Assembly: GCA_030141605.1 (NCBI GenBank)
Contig: JAQGDQ010000491.1
Coordinates: 1-64,000 of the forward strand
Length of the DNA: 64,000 nucleotides
DNA from: Tubiluchus corallicola
Lineage: Eukaryota > Animalia > Priapulida
Reading direction: 5' to 3'
A program made the translations under genes and the position numbers. Positions 13,261 through 25,708 of this stretch are shown piece after piece (within the stretch, counting starts at the first letter, position 1; every line of letters starts with the position of its first letter). The notes below the pieces were generated by a model, which was not told the origin of the DNA, searched no databases, and was given only the letters and a program-made list of their open reading frames with translations.

Positions 13261-16200
13261 ACAGCATGTCTATAATCAGCACGTGAAATAACACGTACCT
13301 TATTATGTATTCGTAATGCAGTTCTGCATGGAACACTAATCAATAACAGAAAATTAAAATCTGAACTACAACATAAAAACTTGCGCCGTCGCTCTGTAAC
13401 GGCAGTAAGATCGCAGTGAGACAGTTTGGCAAATTACTATAAATAATCGTTTAATTACCTAATTTTGAAAATAAAAATTCTGTCAAAAATTCATGGTATG
13501 ATATCACAGATGAACAAGCCTGTGAAAGAATACTGCTCGGTACTCTCGGGAAATTACAGCTTCTATCAACGGAAGTTTATAGGGCAAGACGGGCCAGCCA
13601 TGTTGTCATGTACTAACACAAACTAATGTTAAAACGATGTTAAAGTTGACAGGCTTCGTGGGAACTGACTGCATGGTAGTTATGGATGTGGCAGCTTGTA
13701 AGGTAAGCAAAGAAACGATGACTTCCTATCAGAAACTAATTTTCATTTCGCTAAGTAATTTGACTTTAAGAGAAAATTTGCAGAGCTAAATACGACATTT
13801 CCGTTTTTCAGTTTGATCATGCACATTATTATCCGGATGATACCAGTCAAAATGATGTATTGTCTATCAGGTATGTTAATATTAATTCAAATCAAGTGAA
13901 ATCAAATTTTATTTAAGGTGGGGTTTTACAAACATTAAAAAACACTACATCCTTAATATCTCCTGGCTATTAAGCTGACTCATATAACAAAACTAATCTA
14001 TTGAAATAAAATAGTGCTTAAGTGGTAAAAAGTCTTTGCAATTATGCATCTAAAATAAAATACTTTCGAGTAGGCATAAATACACATGCAAAACAAACTT
14101 TATATAAATATACTGTGTGAGGTATAAAACAGACAAAAAAAACGTAGAGGTAAACGAATAAACGAAACGAACCAATGAATAATTAAACGGCCCAACCTGT
14201 AGAACACTTAATTGCTAGTATTATTAACCCAGCTAAACACACTCATGGGACAATCATCCAGGAAAGTGAAAACGTGAGAAATAGCCAGGTGCTAAGCTTC
14301 TGTGGTTGAATCACAAAGACAGGCCGGGTGTCAGTCTGTAAGTGTCTGCATGTTACGAGAATTCTATAACCCTGTAAGGCCACCTATGCTCTAGTAACAG
14401 TGTTTGGACTTCTGTTATCAACTAACAGAACTTCTGGCATTTACCACAAACGTGCTACGGTTGCATAAAAGCATTGTTTCATTACTTTTAAAAACCAAAC
14501 TACAATGGCTAAATTATCGACAACAGCCAATGGCAAAGCATTCTCCACAACTGGCGAAACTAGTTTCGCATGGCAAAAAAATGTACAGCATTCATTATTA
14601 TGACGTAATTAATGCGTTTGGTGCCTTTCACATCAAATTTGCACGCGTCGCTTCATTTTTGACAATAAAGTCATCACCATGCGAGCCGGTACAATTTTAG
14701 CCAATTAACGGTGATGAACTTTTGCGACACCTTTAATTATCACCTAGCCATTCGCATAGACAATGAAACACACACACCCAGTACTTTCAGGCTTTGTAGT
14801 TTGTATATAAGTATGGTTGACTAAACTGCCTCAGTCTAAAGTTCACCTGATTAATTAATGCACACCTATAAGGAAGTGCCACAGTACTATGCCACGGATA
14901 ATTACTGTTACGTAGCTGATAAGATGTCTGTGTACTGATATGTATTTAAGGCATATGTAATTAAGGCATTTAACCACTTTTAGCCCTTTTTTCCTTGCAA
15001 GAGAAAATCACGTTATAGTTGATATTCGCTATGCAATTGGTGGAGATGATGATATACAATTTATCATGAACCTCGTTATTATCCAGCGAAATCTGCAATT
15101 ATTATTATGATGAATCAGCTTTTTCTGTGCCGCTTATATACATAATCGATGATGGCTAGGAAAACGAATGATTACAAAGTAAGCTAACGTTGGGAAGTGG
15201 AAAGAACCTGATAGAGTGTTCTTATCTAATGCTTGTGAAAATATGCCACAAACTGCCTTTGTTATAATTAACTAGACATCCCACTGTTGGACGCAAAAAC
15301 ATGCATTACAAAATTCCGGACGCAAGTGAAAAATAACATCAAAAAGCAAATAGATCAACTTTTGACTATTTCTAGGTAACACTTATAGGTGGCGCCACTT
15401 TCCTTTGATTGCTTTCATTTTGATACGCCCTCGAGTACAGCATATGGACTCATTACAAATAATTATGAGTCATTATACTTTTTAACATTGGTGATCAACA
15501 AACTCAAATTATATTAGAATAAGAGTTGTCCATGTTCCAATAATTAAATATGTTCAACCTTAATGATACTTTTTATTGCAAAGAAATTGGAAAAGTTTCG
15601 CTCTGTTATTAAACCAAAGCTAAAATGCTGTGCCAGTTAGAATTAATAATTAAATTCAAAGTCTACTAAATTTCTTGGCGCACATCTAAATACAGTGCAG
15701 CAACGGCATTGTGTAAGAACTTCATCATCTTTCAAATGTCTTCGCGACTCCATCAGCGTGCCATTAAGAGCTACTCAATAGCTAGACAAGTAATTATCAT
15801 GTGCACATATCGCCCTACTCACGCCACCATTACCAGTGCCACTCAACAGCGAATCGTCCAACAAAGTTATGCTGAATGGACGCGTTTGATGTATGGGATC
15901 TTATACAGACTTTTATGAACAACAAAAGATTCCAGGGTTTCACAAATGCCGCTGTCAGAAGCCTGTTATACAGAGCGTTTTCATTAAACAATGTTGAAAA
16001 ATAGAAAAATAAAAAGAGTTTTAAAAGTTCGTTTCAAAGCGTAGTGCCCCTGCAAATAGAATGACGTTGAACAACAATTCGCAATACTTAAGCAATACAC
16101 ATTACTATAAAATGGAATAAAATAATAATTGGAATTTAATGACTGTATGATAAGGTGCGTCCCGTGAAGTATAGAAATAACTGCATTTTTTAGAAATATC

Positions 16201-17162
16201 GGGATTTTTGTCACATGCTGTCAAACGTATTACGAGATAGTGTACCTGTTTGAGTAAACAAGTGTGAGCCATCCTTACGAATTCCAGGAAACAGTGAAAC
16301 TAGGCTCCTTTAGAATTTATTTTGAAACAGAAATAAAATGTATTGTATGTGAAAGATAAAATAACATTAATAATTAATAACTAATTAAGCAAAATAAAAA
16401 CATACTGCCATGGCGATAGAGAGGCCTACAATTCAAAAGAGAGACTTGCACTTGTATGAATTACGTTTTGCTTACGTTTGATTTGTTAGATTCATTAATA
16501 ACATTACTGTAGCAAACATTTATTGCACAAAATCAAACACGGCGGTCGACTTAAAGCATTTTACGTATGCTAATAAACAACCTAATAGTTTAGATATACC
16601 ATATAAAATATAATCTGCTGAAGAAGCATTTTCACTTTTACTGCTTGTAAAACATTGGGACAGTAGCAATATAATCGGTTTACACTTGCACAGTTTAGTA
16701 ACTGAAACCGTCACAAGGTTAGAATAGCAATCAATTACACAATTGACGGACGGGGAGCAATTTAAAAACGAAACAATGGTAACGTGTCACTGGGCGGACG
16801 TTCACATATGTTATAATAATCCACATTAATGCTTGCTTGGACTGAAACATACGGTTTCACTGCCGGCTTAACCATATGGCCAAGTGGCAAGGCTAAAATA
16901 ATACAAGAGCTTCAACGCAATAAAACAACGCAATCAAAACCGCAGAACAACAGACGGAGTGCGCACAAAACAAAGCAGGCGGCTAATGCGCCATCTGTCG
17001 ACGGAAATATGAAGACGATTATAAATAAACCACCATAAAAATGTCTGACGCTTTTATAAACTCATTAGCGGTTCGGAATCGGGCAAATAATTTTACAATA
17101 AAACGTCTCTTCTTTTTAAATACGACGACAGAAACGCAAAAACGGAGTAACTAAAGCACAGA

Positions 17163-17720
17163 TTAAAGGGAAACCGGATGACTGTGTAAACACGAGTTCA
17201 GAATAAAGAATGCTCTAAAATATCGAAAACTACAATAGCTGATTTAAATCAAAGCTTAGATTAAATAATAATTACCTGGGCTACTCAAATTTTGTTAAAC
17301 TTTCAAAGTTACGCGCGTCTCAGTGAATCTGCTAAGATTGGCAGCGGTGCCTTTTTGCCACGTGCTCGTGGCCGGCAAGTAGAAGACGGTACCGTAATAA
17401 CTATGATCATGAACTGCTGTGTTAGTTTCATGACGTCATATGATGTAAAGCCCATTTTTCGTGACATCGTGCGTTTAAGCAGTACTGTAACACCTGTGCA
17501 AATGTGCTTTGACGCGCAAGGGAAGACGCCTGCCATTGCACAAACTGTGGTTAGTTTCTGACGTAAGCAATAGCTGTGTTCGGTTGCCGTTAATTAACTT
17601 TCTAAGCTAATTATTCAAATATAAGGAACAATTATTAACTGCTATAGGCAAGAAAATGTATATTTTGGACAGTAAATTAAAATGAGATTGAGTCTAAACA
17701 ATCGTCCGGTCTTCCTTTAA
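17163..17720. mobile_element. Non-autonomous TTAA-flanked DNA transposon (Kolobok-like MITE)
   Basis: Left end TTAAAGGGAAACCGGATGA; the right end reverse-complements to TTAAAGGAAGACCGGACGA. This gives imperfect TIRs plus TTAA at both ends. Confidence 0.7.
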
Positions 17721-17849
17721 TTAGCCATATTAAAAATTTTCTTCGAGTTTATGTACAAAAAAAGAGAAGCGACATTTGTGATATTTAAATCCTTAAGACC
17801 AAATTACACTGCATTTCCGCGTCGAACCATTTTAATACCCTTTAGCACT

Positions 17850-18206
17850 TATACGGTTACTATGACCTTATGGGGCCCTAAGATATGGGCTCCTCAAACG
17901 GAGCCACCTTTTAACTCGCCCGCACCAATCTTGAATACTTTTACTCGTGATATATTTTAGCGACATTTACATAGCTTGAGTAAACTTCGTTAAATTATTT
18001 AAATGAACTAAAATAGTCATGTTTTGATTTAAATAATGAATAAAAATGTTCCTTAAGAAATATCACTATTTTACTATTTATTCCAAACCAAATTAACACA
18101 TATCTCAATACAACAATAGTGAAAAACAGATTTATACAAAATTCTAGCAAAGCTTGAGGAACCCTATGCTGCTGCCTATACTAGCCTACAGGATAGTCCG
18201 GCCCTG
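17850..18206 (-). mobile_element. hAT-like MITE copy 1
   Basis: Ends GTCCGGCCCTG. The internal block TCTTGAA..TTTTACTCGTG.TATATTTTAGCG is shared with 21335-21502 and, inverted, with 46285-46659. Confidence 0.65.
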
Positions 18207-21200
18207 GAACTTACTGTATAAATTACAATAGCTCATACATTAAGGACAAAGCCTTTTAAATCGAAGGCAAATGGTGTTTTGCAATACGTTTGCTAGTCAT
18301 ATAACCACGTAAAGGTCGAATCATTACAGAAACCCACAGTAGTCTACTCATTAGTCATTAGATAGGACCATCTATGAGCTCTATTAGTGTTCAACAGCCA
18401 TTAAATGTGCAATAACAGAATTAGCACATTATATTATGAATTATTCCGAAGCCATTTAAAAATGGATGAAACACGACGAAAACTGGGCCAGAACAAGATG
18501 TCCATTGCACGTCACGTGACATCAGAGCAAGGAAGGACGTGTGACCGTGCAGCCTCCGGGCAGTACAAGCACTGCAGCTGCTAATGAAATAATAATTAAT
18601 GGTGTACAATCGCGAGATCCCATTTATAGCAATCTGCCGCATTTAATTACGCCATCAATTTTATTACCATTTAATTCGAATTGATTGAACAATGCAACAA
18701 AGCCCAATCTGTAGTCACTTTCGTGTGAGCCAACAATCGTGAACAGTAAAAGTTTGCAATCTTCTAATTAGTAACAGTAACAAGCAATAATCTATGTTAA
18801 CAGTATGTAAATAGTTGCTTACTCTAGACAACACTTGAAAAAAGGTCACTATTTTACAAACGCTGCTTTCAGCTCAAAACATTGACGTGTGATTAAAAGA
18901 AGAGCTAGTTTCTAAGTGGATTTCAGAATTAGGGCATAAGTGTACTTATGAACAAAAGCCAGGTGAGCCAGGTGCTGCAAATGAACAAGTGCGAATTACT
19001 CGTACAGAAAAGAACAAATCCGCGTGCTTCGAAAGTAAAAAAATAAGGTCTTTTGGTCAAATGTAAAGATTAAAATGACGAGAATAGTCAGAAGAATGGT
19101 ACACGCTATACCGTCAAGCTTAAAAAATCGTATTTCACGCTGCGACGAAAACGTAGAAAAATGTTTTAAAACGTGTGAAAAGTTAACTCTATTTAGGACA
19201 AAGTCTAATAAGTAGTACAGTTAAGTCGACTAACGTTCTATAACATTCTACCCAGAAAGGCGAGAGTGGTAGTAGTAGTAGTTTATTGTCAAGAGATCAA
19301 ATAAACTCGACGATCACAAAAATTAGGCATCAGAAATAAACACTAAAACTATACACATGTACCTGCCAACAGATAACAAAGTTCTCATGAATTAGTACAA
19401 TACTATAAGAAACTGTACAAAAATACAATGCTCCTTGTATATGCATATATAAACAAACTCAACTTGACGTCTTACTACGAACAAAATAGCAAATATTCTT
19501 TAAGCGCATGTGTTTAAAACATCAAAACAAATTTTCCAAGTGTTCCTGCCACTTATCACAGATGTAGCAGTACATGTAAATACGAATAATCAAAAGCTGG
19601 CTCACTAAGTTTCACAAAAGAACATTCTTATAATAGTAAAACAAAAAAGTTGTGACTTTCAATCTGACTAAAGTGATTGATATGCGTGTAAGGAGTTCAA
19701 TTCAGATCATTTCTTCATCTAATTTCAACGTTTTAATGAATTTTGACCTTTTTTCAGTCTCAAGCACTCTACAATGTTACGAAGGCACGAGAAAATGTTA
19801 GAGAACTGGGGCAACACATTCAACACCTATTAACTGTAACAATGCGCATCGATTCACACGAGAAAATACTCCAAATCAATCTATAACTCCAGCGTTTAAC
19901 TCTTTACACACTATTCTCGTTTACTAATATTAAAGCAGTGTGTACACAAATATCGTACACGGTACTGAAAAGCTAGGAACATTAAAACGTTCACAAAAGG
20001 CTTAGGCACATGTATAGCATTTAGATTAATGCCATTAAGTGGAACTATTGTACAAAGCCCATAATTATATAGTGCATTGTACAAGCAAGAATAACCACAA
20101 AAATATTAATTAATTCAGTAATCGGCAGAAATTAGTTTGTTGAAAACTTGCTATACTCCGAAAATATAACAACTACCTGGAGACACATTTAAATATCAAA
20201 AGCCTCCCATTCAGAAACCGTGCCTAGTTATATTTCGTTAAAAATCATATTTTTTCTCGTTCAATTGCTCTTATAAGCGATAATGAAATAAAAAAGCCAG
20301 AAAATTTATTTCACATTTTGGATGAAAATTTATTTCACTAAGATGAAAATAAGAAACGGCAAACTGCGAATTTTGCTAAGCCTCGAAATCAAAACGTTTC
20401 GTTAGTCTCTTCAAATGCCCTGCCGTAGCAGTAGCTTCACGTCTGAATCTGCTCTCAACGTGAAGGGAGGGAGGAAAAATTTGTCTCTCAAGAAAAATCG
20501 GTTCCCCATACACCGAAAAATTGCTAATACGTATAAAAAGGAGGAAAGACAAATGCGACACGAGCTTACGCCACGACATATGTAAATTCCATTCAATAAG
20601 TGACCTTCTTTTGCGCCGCAAGATGTACAATCTTAGACAGATTATTGGCTGCTAACGCAGCAAAGTGACAGAATCTTGAAGAATGATGGCATTATACACC
20701 GTGTATCTAGGAGCCCTACACACACAACTTAGTGGCCTGATCAATATATGGAGATGAATTCTTAATAAATTGCCTCCAGTTCTCGAAGGTCCTGCCCATA
20801 ACTTGCCACCAATACTCGCGCGGAGAATGCGACAAATTGCGTGCTACAGTAACGTCAACTGAGAATCCACCGAGACCTGCACGTTGTTAATCGCAAAATG
20901 ATAGACTAACTTATTGAGTTTGAAACAAACTATGATTCGACACAAATAAAGTAAAATCGCCTACAAAACTGATGCCGACTGCAGGGCGCAGATAGAGCGA
21001 GAGCTTGAAACATATCGACGAACACAAAATGCTTTTTAATAACTTTACTAACATACTGATTTCTAATAGTTACTTAAAATATTAGCATATAACGCTACTG
21101 ATAATCGTGCTGCAAGTGCAGAAATTAAAATAAAGCAAATGGTGTCCACCACACATGAACAAGTGCAAAGTGTTCAACAAGAGTACATGCACGAAATCTA

Positions 21201-21334
21201 AATACGAATGCTGAAATACGAACTTCAGGTGCAAAAGCATTTTTTGTTGTAATTTAAATGAAAACTCTCTTGAGTAGTTGAACTTCAACCTCTATTCTGC
21301 TGCTTTAAAGTACCAAAAATATCCCAAATAACAA

Positions 21335-21502
21335 GAGGGCCGGTATATGACTTTTGGGTCCCATAGACTAATAAATAATTAATGGGCCTCTCTCTGACTG
21401 CACCACCCTCTAAACCGCACCCGTCTTGAACATTTTTTACTCGTGGTATATTTTAGCGACATTACTTGGAAGTTATTGCAAATACTTGGATAATCCAGCC
21501 CT
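21335..21502 (-). mobile_element. hAT-like MITE copy 2 (internally deleted)
   Basis: GAGGGCCGG...TAATCCAGCCCT termini and the same internal block as copies 1 and 3. Confidence 0.65.
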
Positions 21503-21766
21503 TAACAGAACACTTTCTTATTTACAAAATGTGAGAAACAGAAATGCAAATTACTTATTACCTATGACAGAAAATATCCGCTAATAACAATCTTGAATAA
21601 AATATTACAAACAATTGGCTATTCACTAATTACTGCTAAATACTTGCAAGAAAACTTCGAAAAAATAAAATACAACAAAAAATGAAATTATTTGACTGTA
21701 TCTAATGTCTGACACTTTGTAACATGATAGCCATATATATTATTTAAAAATAAACTCAATAATTAC

Positions 21767-21897
21767 CTTATAATATCAACGTATCCGTTTTGGGCTGCCA
21801 GATGTAATGGCGTCGTCCTGTCATTGTCTTCACAATCGTCAGCAGAATTCTTCATCAGCAACAGACACTCGCGTTGTTCTAACAGCAATCCGACTAC
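21767..21897 (-). CDS. CASKIN: Caskin coding exon 6 (VVGLLLEQRECLLLMKNSADDCEDNDRTTPLHLAAQNGYVDIIR)
   Basis: tacag acceptor and AG|GTAAT donor; 131 nt, phase 0 to 2. Contains the TPLHLAA ankyrin motif. Confidence 0.94.
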
Positions 21898-23100
21898 CTG
21901 TATAATAATCACCAGTATATATATCCAGTATTATCCACACCCACAATCAACATACAGACATTAAACATTAAAAAACACTACATCCTGGTATACTTTAATG
22001 GAAGAAACCAGTTATTGTTGTAATGCAATACATGCATTCATATCACACGAAGAATTTTAATGTGCAGCAAGGCTTCGCATTTTTACTGGATAGCATTTTT
22101 AACAGATCCGTGCTGCTATGCGTTATTAGCTGGAAGTGGCTTTTAATGGCTACTTAAAAAGTCGTCAGCTACTTAAGCAGGCGTAAGACAGTTAATTAGT
22201 GGTCCGTCGTGATTACTATAAATTTGCTGCAGAAAGTCACTGTAATTTGAGTACAACAGCCTTTTATTTTCCCAAAAAGTTCAATAAAAGTTTCGAAAAT
22301 CAACAAAAGAATCGAAACAACTGAGAACTATCAAGCAAATGAAATTAATATCGAACCTACGAAAGATGTAAAGAGAAATTTTGTTGCTAACATAATTAAA
22401 AATGTCTAGCAGAAACCGCATTATCAAAATAGCCCTCTAAGATGAGCAACTGAACCAGCATAGAAAGTAAACAGCCTGAATCAGTACGGCGAACGAAACC
22501 GCCCAAGCGCATGTTTGGATCCAGGTATGTAGAATTTTAAACAATTTTACAATCTCATGTGGGTATTTATTCTTATTTGTAATATGAAAACAAAAGTCAG
22601 GTGATATAGATCATAGTAATGCAAACCATTTACGAAATTATGTGTATACAACACCGATTTATTTATTTAGATGTTGTCTTTCAGCACAACCACAAACTCT
22701 TCAAAGGTCGTTACGCCTCTGCACGTTGTTTATTGAGAAAAATTGGACAAACAGTCAGTTTACTGCTCAAACGAAAGAAATGAAATCAGTCGACTGAAAA
22801 CTAGATTGTTCCGTTGGTTACAATGAGAAAACGTTGACACTAACACAGAGTAACAGATTCTTGGCTTCATTGACATTCTGTGCGCTCCACATGCTTGGGC
22901 AATCAAGCTTATTTATAAAATACCCTTTATAGTAATGAAAGTAGTCGTTGACAATTTGACAGTACGAACGGCATGTACAGCTACTAAGGTAAAAACTAAT
23001 TCTTCTTCATGGGTTTGTGAAACACGATAATGATAGTTGTAAACTACGCAATTGACAATTGCTTACAGCGTACAACCACTGCAGTTGTAAAGAACCCATT

Positions 23101-23386
23101 ACTGTTCGTGACATATGACTTTTGTGGATGTACAAAAGCCACAAAACAACTGCTTGTTATATAACACTACTGAAGATGTACAGAAGCTACAACTGCTTGT
23201 GATGTATTACTATTGAAAATATATAGATGCCACACCTGTTTGTGATGTATTACTATTGTACAATGTACAGAAGCCACAACTGCATGTGATGTGTTACTAA
23301 TGTAAATGTATAGAAGCTACAACTGCTTGTGATGTGGTACTATTATGAATGTATAGAAGCCGCAACTGCTTGTGATGTATTACAAT
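23101..23386. repeat. ~43-bp minisatellite, about 6.5 diverged copies
   Basis: Consensus approximately ACTGCTTGTGATGTATTACTATTGAAAATGTACAGAAGCCACA, with units at 23101, 23149, 23192, ~23235, 23279, 23322 and 23365. Confidence 0.9.
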
Positions 23387-25187
23387 CCCAAGTCTACACA
23401 AATCTCGAATTCTAATGATGTATTACTGCAGCGAGTCTGCACAAGTCGGGACTGCTGTGAGCGTGTTAGAAGCACAAGTCGTAACTGCCGACACAGCATT
23501 TTTACAAAGCTCTCAGACTGCAAACCCGAATCAAGTGCACTCGGTGTCAATGGTTATTTAATGTGTTATGGTATGGTGGAACCGGAATCTGCCTCATTAT
23601 CTATGCTAATCCTCTAAGATGAGGCACTGAACTAACAGTGGTGTCTTAGCCATGGTCGGATGTGAACGCATGTTCTCTCAGTGAAAGAAATGGCCTGAAT
23701 GAACAATGCTGATAAAAAGCCCGCACTAAATGAGTACCGAACCCGGCAGTTGCTCATCCGTTTACTATAAACAAATATGTTAACGTCAATCGCAACAAGT
23801 ACATACCGTGGCCATTCTACGATTTTCTTTGTCTCTTTTATTTAAATGTAAACGGTTTACATGTATATAAACTTTCTAGTTTCTAGAGCAGCAGGCAAAT
23901 GGAATTTATTTTCCTTGTAGCCAAAAAATATAAAGAAATATATAAAGTCCAATGTAGTCAACAAAGGCTACTCTGACACTGAAGCCATTTAAAACAGTTA
24001 AAACTGATCACATTTCAGCCAGCAAAATGTCAAATGGAAAACGATTTCCGTTCTGTACACAGAAATTGGTCCTCGACTTCCGGTGGACTTTGAGACATAA
24101 TGGTTTTTCCTGGTTTCAGTGTAAACCAGAACAAATCTTTCGCCTGAAATATCGAAATCACGGCTAATTTTCAAAATCGCTTTCCTTAACCATTTAAAAC
24201 AGTGAAGAATGTAAAATTTCTGATGCATTTTGCTCAAAGTTAATTTGTGTGATAAATTCTTTGCGTGCAAACAGTCACGTCCAATTTACCAGGCAAATCT
24301 GAGCGTACTAAATTACGGTCTGGATCTTAACGACCTCTGCAATGTTGAAGAGAACATATACCGTGTGATACACGTACTGGAAAAGTCACTAAGAAGCAGC
24401 TGCCGGCCATTAACAACATTTTCAACGCCCCAGTTTTATTTCCAAAACAACTCAATAAATTGACTGACCAGACTGCAATGATGTCCAGAGGAAAAAATAT
24501 AACGGCGACAGCGACAATAACAAAAGAACACAATCAAAGAAGATCAACGGGTTTTAAATTAGTGTAGCGAAATTACTGTAATAAAACCATACGTTCAATA
24601 TTACAGACTGAGCTTACAAATGTCTTTGGTGTACAGAACTAATGTAAGCCGAGCATACTCAAATCTTTGTAAAAAAATCTTCTAAGCTTTATAATTACTA
24701 AATGTAAAGAAACTAATTACCACTTGTCTCTCACGTACTTCTCCAAAAATCTCTTACGTTTTAATGACACATGTATATTAGTTCCAGTAATTTCGTTAAC
24801 CTTTTATATTTCACAATCAAAATAAAGTCAGCGAATTCTTTGCAATGCTAAGCCAAGTGCATAAACATTAACTACGCAAAATGCAGGGTACCTGCCAGAA
24901 TGACTAAATAATAATGGCCAGCAATGCCTTATTAAGGTAATAATATAACTGATGCATGGAGCTGTTTTGTATAATGACCCGCTATTAGCCCCACATTTTC
25001 CTCCATTTACGTAACCGCTTACTGTGTGCATTTTTGCAATTGATTGTATAGGCAAATGACCTTACAATAATATCTCAGATTCTTGTAATGTAATTCCAAT
25101 TATGGTTGCTTCTTGCAATTTATAGATATTAGACTGTCATTTAAAAGCGCAATCAATTCGATAAAATCATGTGGATACACAAAAAAA

Positions 25188-25708
25188 TTAAAGGAAAACC
25201 GGACAATTTTTCAAATCCCACCCCACTTTGAAGTACGGTTAAAATGTTTACATTTTAACACCTGTAATAATATCAGCTTATTCCTAATAATTAACTAATA
25301 GGTTAAAAACGTGAAGACATCACAATTGACCGTAATTTTTAACAGCACAAATATGCCACGAGCGTGTAGTAAGTGTTTGCAAAAGCAAAAGTGTTACTGT
25401 ACAACATTCAATGTGATATACTAAAACTCGGTAAATTTTTGAGTTTAAAATTCAAAATTCAAGTTTATGACTGTGCTCAGCATGAACGTTTGTGCTAAGT
25501 CACACATGAACACAACTGAACTAAGAGGTACAGCGCCTGTTTTTATGCAACGCGTTTCCGAGATGCAGGGCTGGTACCCATCTAACTAGCGAATGGCGAA
25601 ATACATGTAACAGCGAAGAACTAGCCGCTTGAACGCAAAATTACGTTTCTGTGGAAATAATTCTTTCTGGTAAGTCATTCTTGAATAAAATAGTACGTTT
25701 CCTTTTAA
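25188..25708 (+). mobile_element. Kolobok-like MITE, family A copy 1
   Basis: Starts TTAAAGGAAAACCGGA and ends CGTTTCCTTTTAA. Colinear, in reverse orientation, with 51830-52397 (shared TTTGAAGTACGGT, TTTTAACACCT, TAGCGAATGGCGAAAT, AATTACGTTTCTGTGG). Confidence 0.75.

Noticed and set aside
12800-13343. Overlapping Phe/Leu/Pro/Ser-rich minus-strand ORFs
   Set aside because: Low-complexity pyrimidine tract that lacks stop codons by composition.
23101-23386. Regularly spaced repeat resembling a CRISPR array
   Set aside because: Whole units are similar with no unique spacers, there are no cas genes, and the context is a eukaryotic intron; it is a minisatellite.
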